Below, piece by piece: positions 63,246 through 64,000 of a DNA stretch of 64,000 nucleotides. Where the stretch lies: the NCBI GenBank assembly GCA_035551775.1, contig DASZMQ010000014.1:523403-587402 (forward strand), given 5' to 3'. The DNA comes from Mucilaginibacter sp. (lineage in GTDB: Bacteria > Bacteroidota > Bacteroidia > Sphingobacteriales > Sphingobacteriaceae). The notes beneath the pieces were generated by a model. That model did no database searches. It worked only from the letters and a program-made list of their open reading frames with translations, and was not told where the DNA came from. The stretch's first letter is position 1. Every line of letters starts with the position of its first letter. The translations under genes were made by a program, and so were the position numbers.

Positions 63246-64000
63246 CTATCGGGATCGGACTTTCCGACTACTTCCCGTCTCAATATTTGGCAAAAAGGCC
63301 GTCAGTATGCCGATCAGCGGCAGGAAGGCGCACACCTTGAACACGTAGTTGATGCTGGTAACATCTGCCAGGGCGCCCAGCATTGCTGAACCCAAGCCGC
63401 CCATGCCAAAGGCCAGCCCGAAAAACAGTCCGGCAACCAAACCTACTTTACCGGGTATCAACTCCTGCCCATAAACTACGATTGCAGAGAATGCGGAAGA
63501 AATAACCAACCCTATACAAACGGATAGCACCCCTGTCCAAAACAAATTCGCATAAGGCAGCAGCAGTGTGAAAGGCGCCGCGCCTAAAATGGAAAGCCAG
63601 ATGATATATTTTCGCCCGAAAATGTCGCCCAAATGGCCGCCGGCTATGGTTCCTCCAGCCACTGCGATCAGGAACATACCCAGGAAATATTGCGAATGCT
63701 GCACTGACAGGTGGAATTTGCCGATAAGGTAAAAAGTGTAATAGCTGCTCATGCTGGCGAGGTACACAAATTTGGAGAAGATAAGCACCAGTAATATGAA
63801 CAGGGAAAAGACCACTTTTTGACGTGAAAACTCGGGATGGCCCGTACTGGTCGATCTTTTTGCGGTAACACGGCTCAGCATTTTCTGCTTGTACCAGCCT
63901 CCTACCCGGGATAAGATAAGGATAGCCAGCCCAACGGCGATCATGAACCATGAAATGCTTTTTTGCCCCGAAGGAACGATGATCCATGCTGCCAGGAATG
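63246..64000 (-). CDS. MFS transporter, C-terminal part (gene continues beyond the right edge)
   Basis: Six TM segments plus the central loop. The frame stays open upstream of the track's Met (..FLAAWIIVPSGQKSISWFMIAVG..) to position 64000. Confidence 0.75.
   Translation of the reverse strand, partial: FLAAWIIVPSGQKSISWFMIAVGLAILILSRVGGWYKQKMLSRVTAKRSTSTGHPEFSRQKVVFSLFILLVLIFSKFVYLASMSSYYTFYLIGKFHLSVQHSQYFLGMFLIAVAGGTIAGGHLGDIFGRKYIIWLSILGAAPFTLLLPYANLFWTGVLSVCIGLVISSAFSAIVVYGQELIPGKVGLVAGLFFGLAFGMGGLGSAMLGALADVTSINYVFKVCAFLPLIGILTAFLPNIETGSSRKVRSR

Noticed and set aside
63448-63987. 179-aa minus-strand ORF overlapping the MFS transporter gene in another frame
   Set aside because: The MFS frame shows regular TM helices and stays open to the window edge. 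The alternative frame is Arg/Pro/His-rich and has no hydrophobic pattern.
1-64000. Search for tRNA/rRNA genes, CRISPR arrays, transposases, integrases, prophage or classical defence genes
   Set aside because: None were found. There is no GGTTCGAAT-type T-loop context and no repeat-spacer array. No DDE or tyrosine-recombinase-like ORF is present. There are also no large ATPase or nuclease clusters apart from housekeeping FtsK. The window looks like core chromosome rather than a mobile island.

Overview
The window reads as a mostly ordinary chromosomal segment of a Bacteroidota genome. A Sphingobacteriia origin (Mucilaginibacter/Pedobacter-like) is my inference only. The phylum call rests on a SusC/SusD pair, many Bacteroidetes-type lipoprotein signals, TAnnTTTG -7 boxes and a lack of Shine-Dalgarno use. 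About 60 genes are supportable.

Housekeeping genes: pyrR-pyrB, ftsK followed by a lolA-like gene, a Nei/Fpg-family glycosylase, blc, and crcB preceded by a clear fluoride riboswitch.

Transport and envelope: a TolC-RND-adaptor efflux operon, an MFS fragment and DoxX proteins.

Carbohydrate-related: GH8, GH3, SGNH esterases and a DUF1080 plus Gfo/Idh/MocA pair.

Regulators: a Nudix/NrtR-like protein, GlxA, a membrane-anchored AraC protein and an orphan receiver.

I found no rRNA, tRNA, CRISPR array, transposase, integrase or recognisable defence-system genes.

The best candidate for an undescribed system is the minus-strand SusC/SusD locus at 16530-28412. Its cargo contains no CAZyme. It consists of a giant VCBS/FG-GAP protein with two UnbV/ASPIC-like modules, a PAP2/vanadium-haloperoxidase-like protein and an FG-GAP protein fused to a monoheme cytochrome c motif. 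A convergent gene at 15247-16482 encodes a heptaheme c-type cytochrome, and the locus is preceded by a 738-bp AT-rich non-coding leader.

The intergenic space also carries several families of structured repeats:
- A 123-bp nested palindrome in two copies, one between pyrR and pyrB.
- A shared terminator hairpin.
- TTCGGAYTT word arrays.
- Other word-built hairpins.

All protein calls come from reading the supplied translations for motifs; no database search was run.
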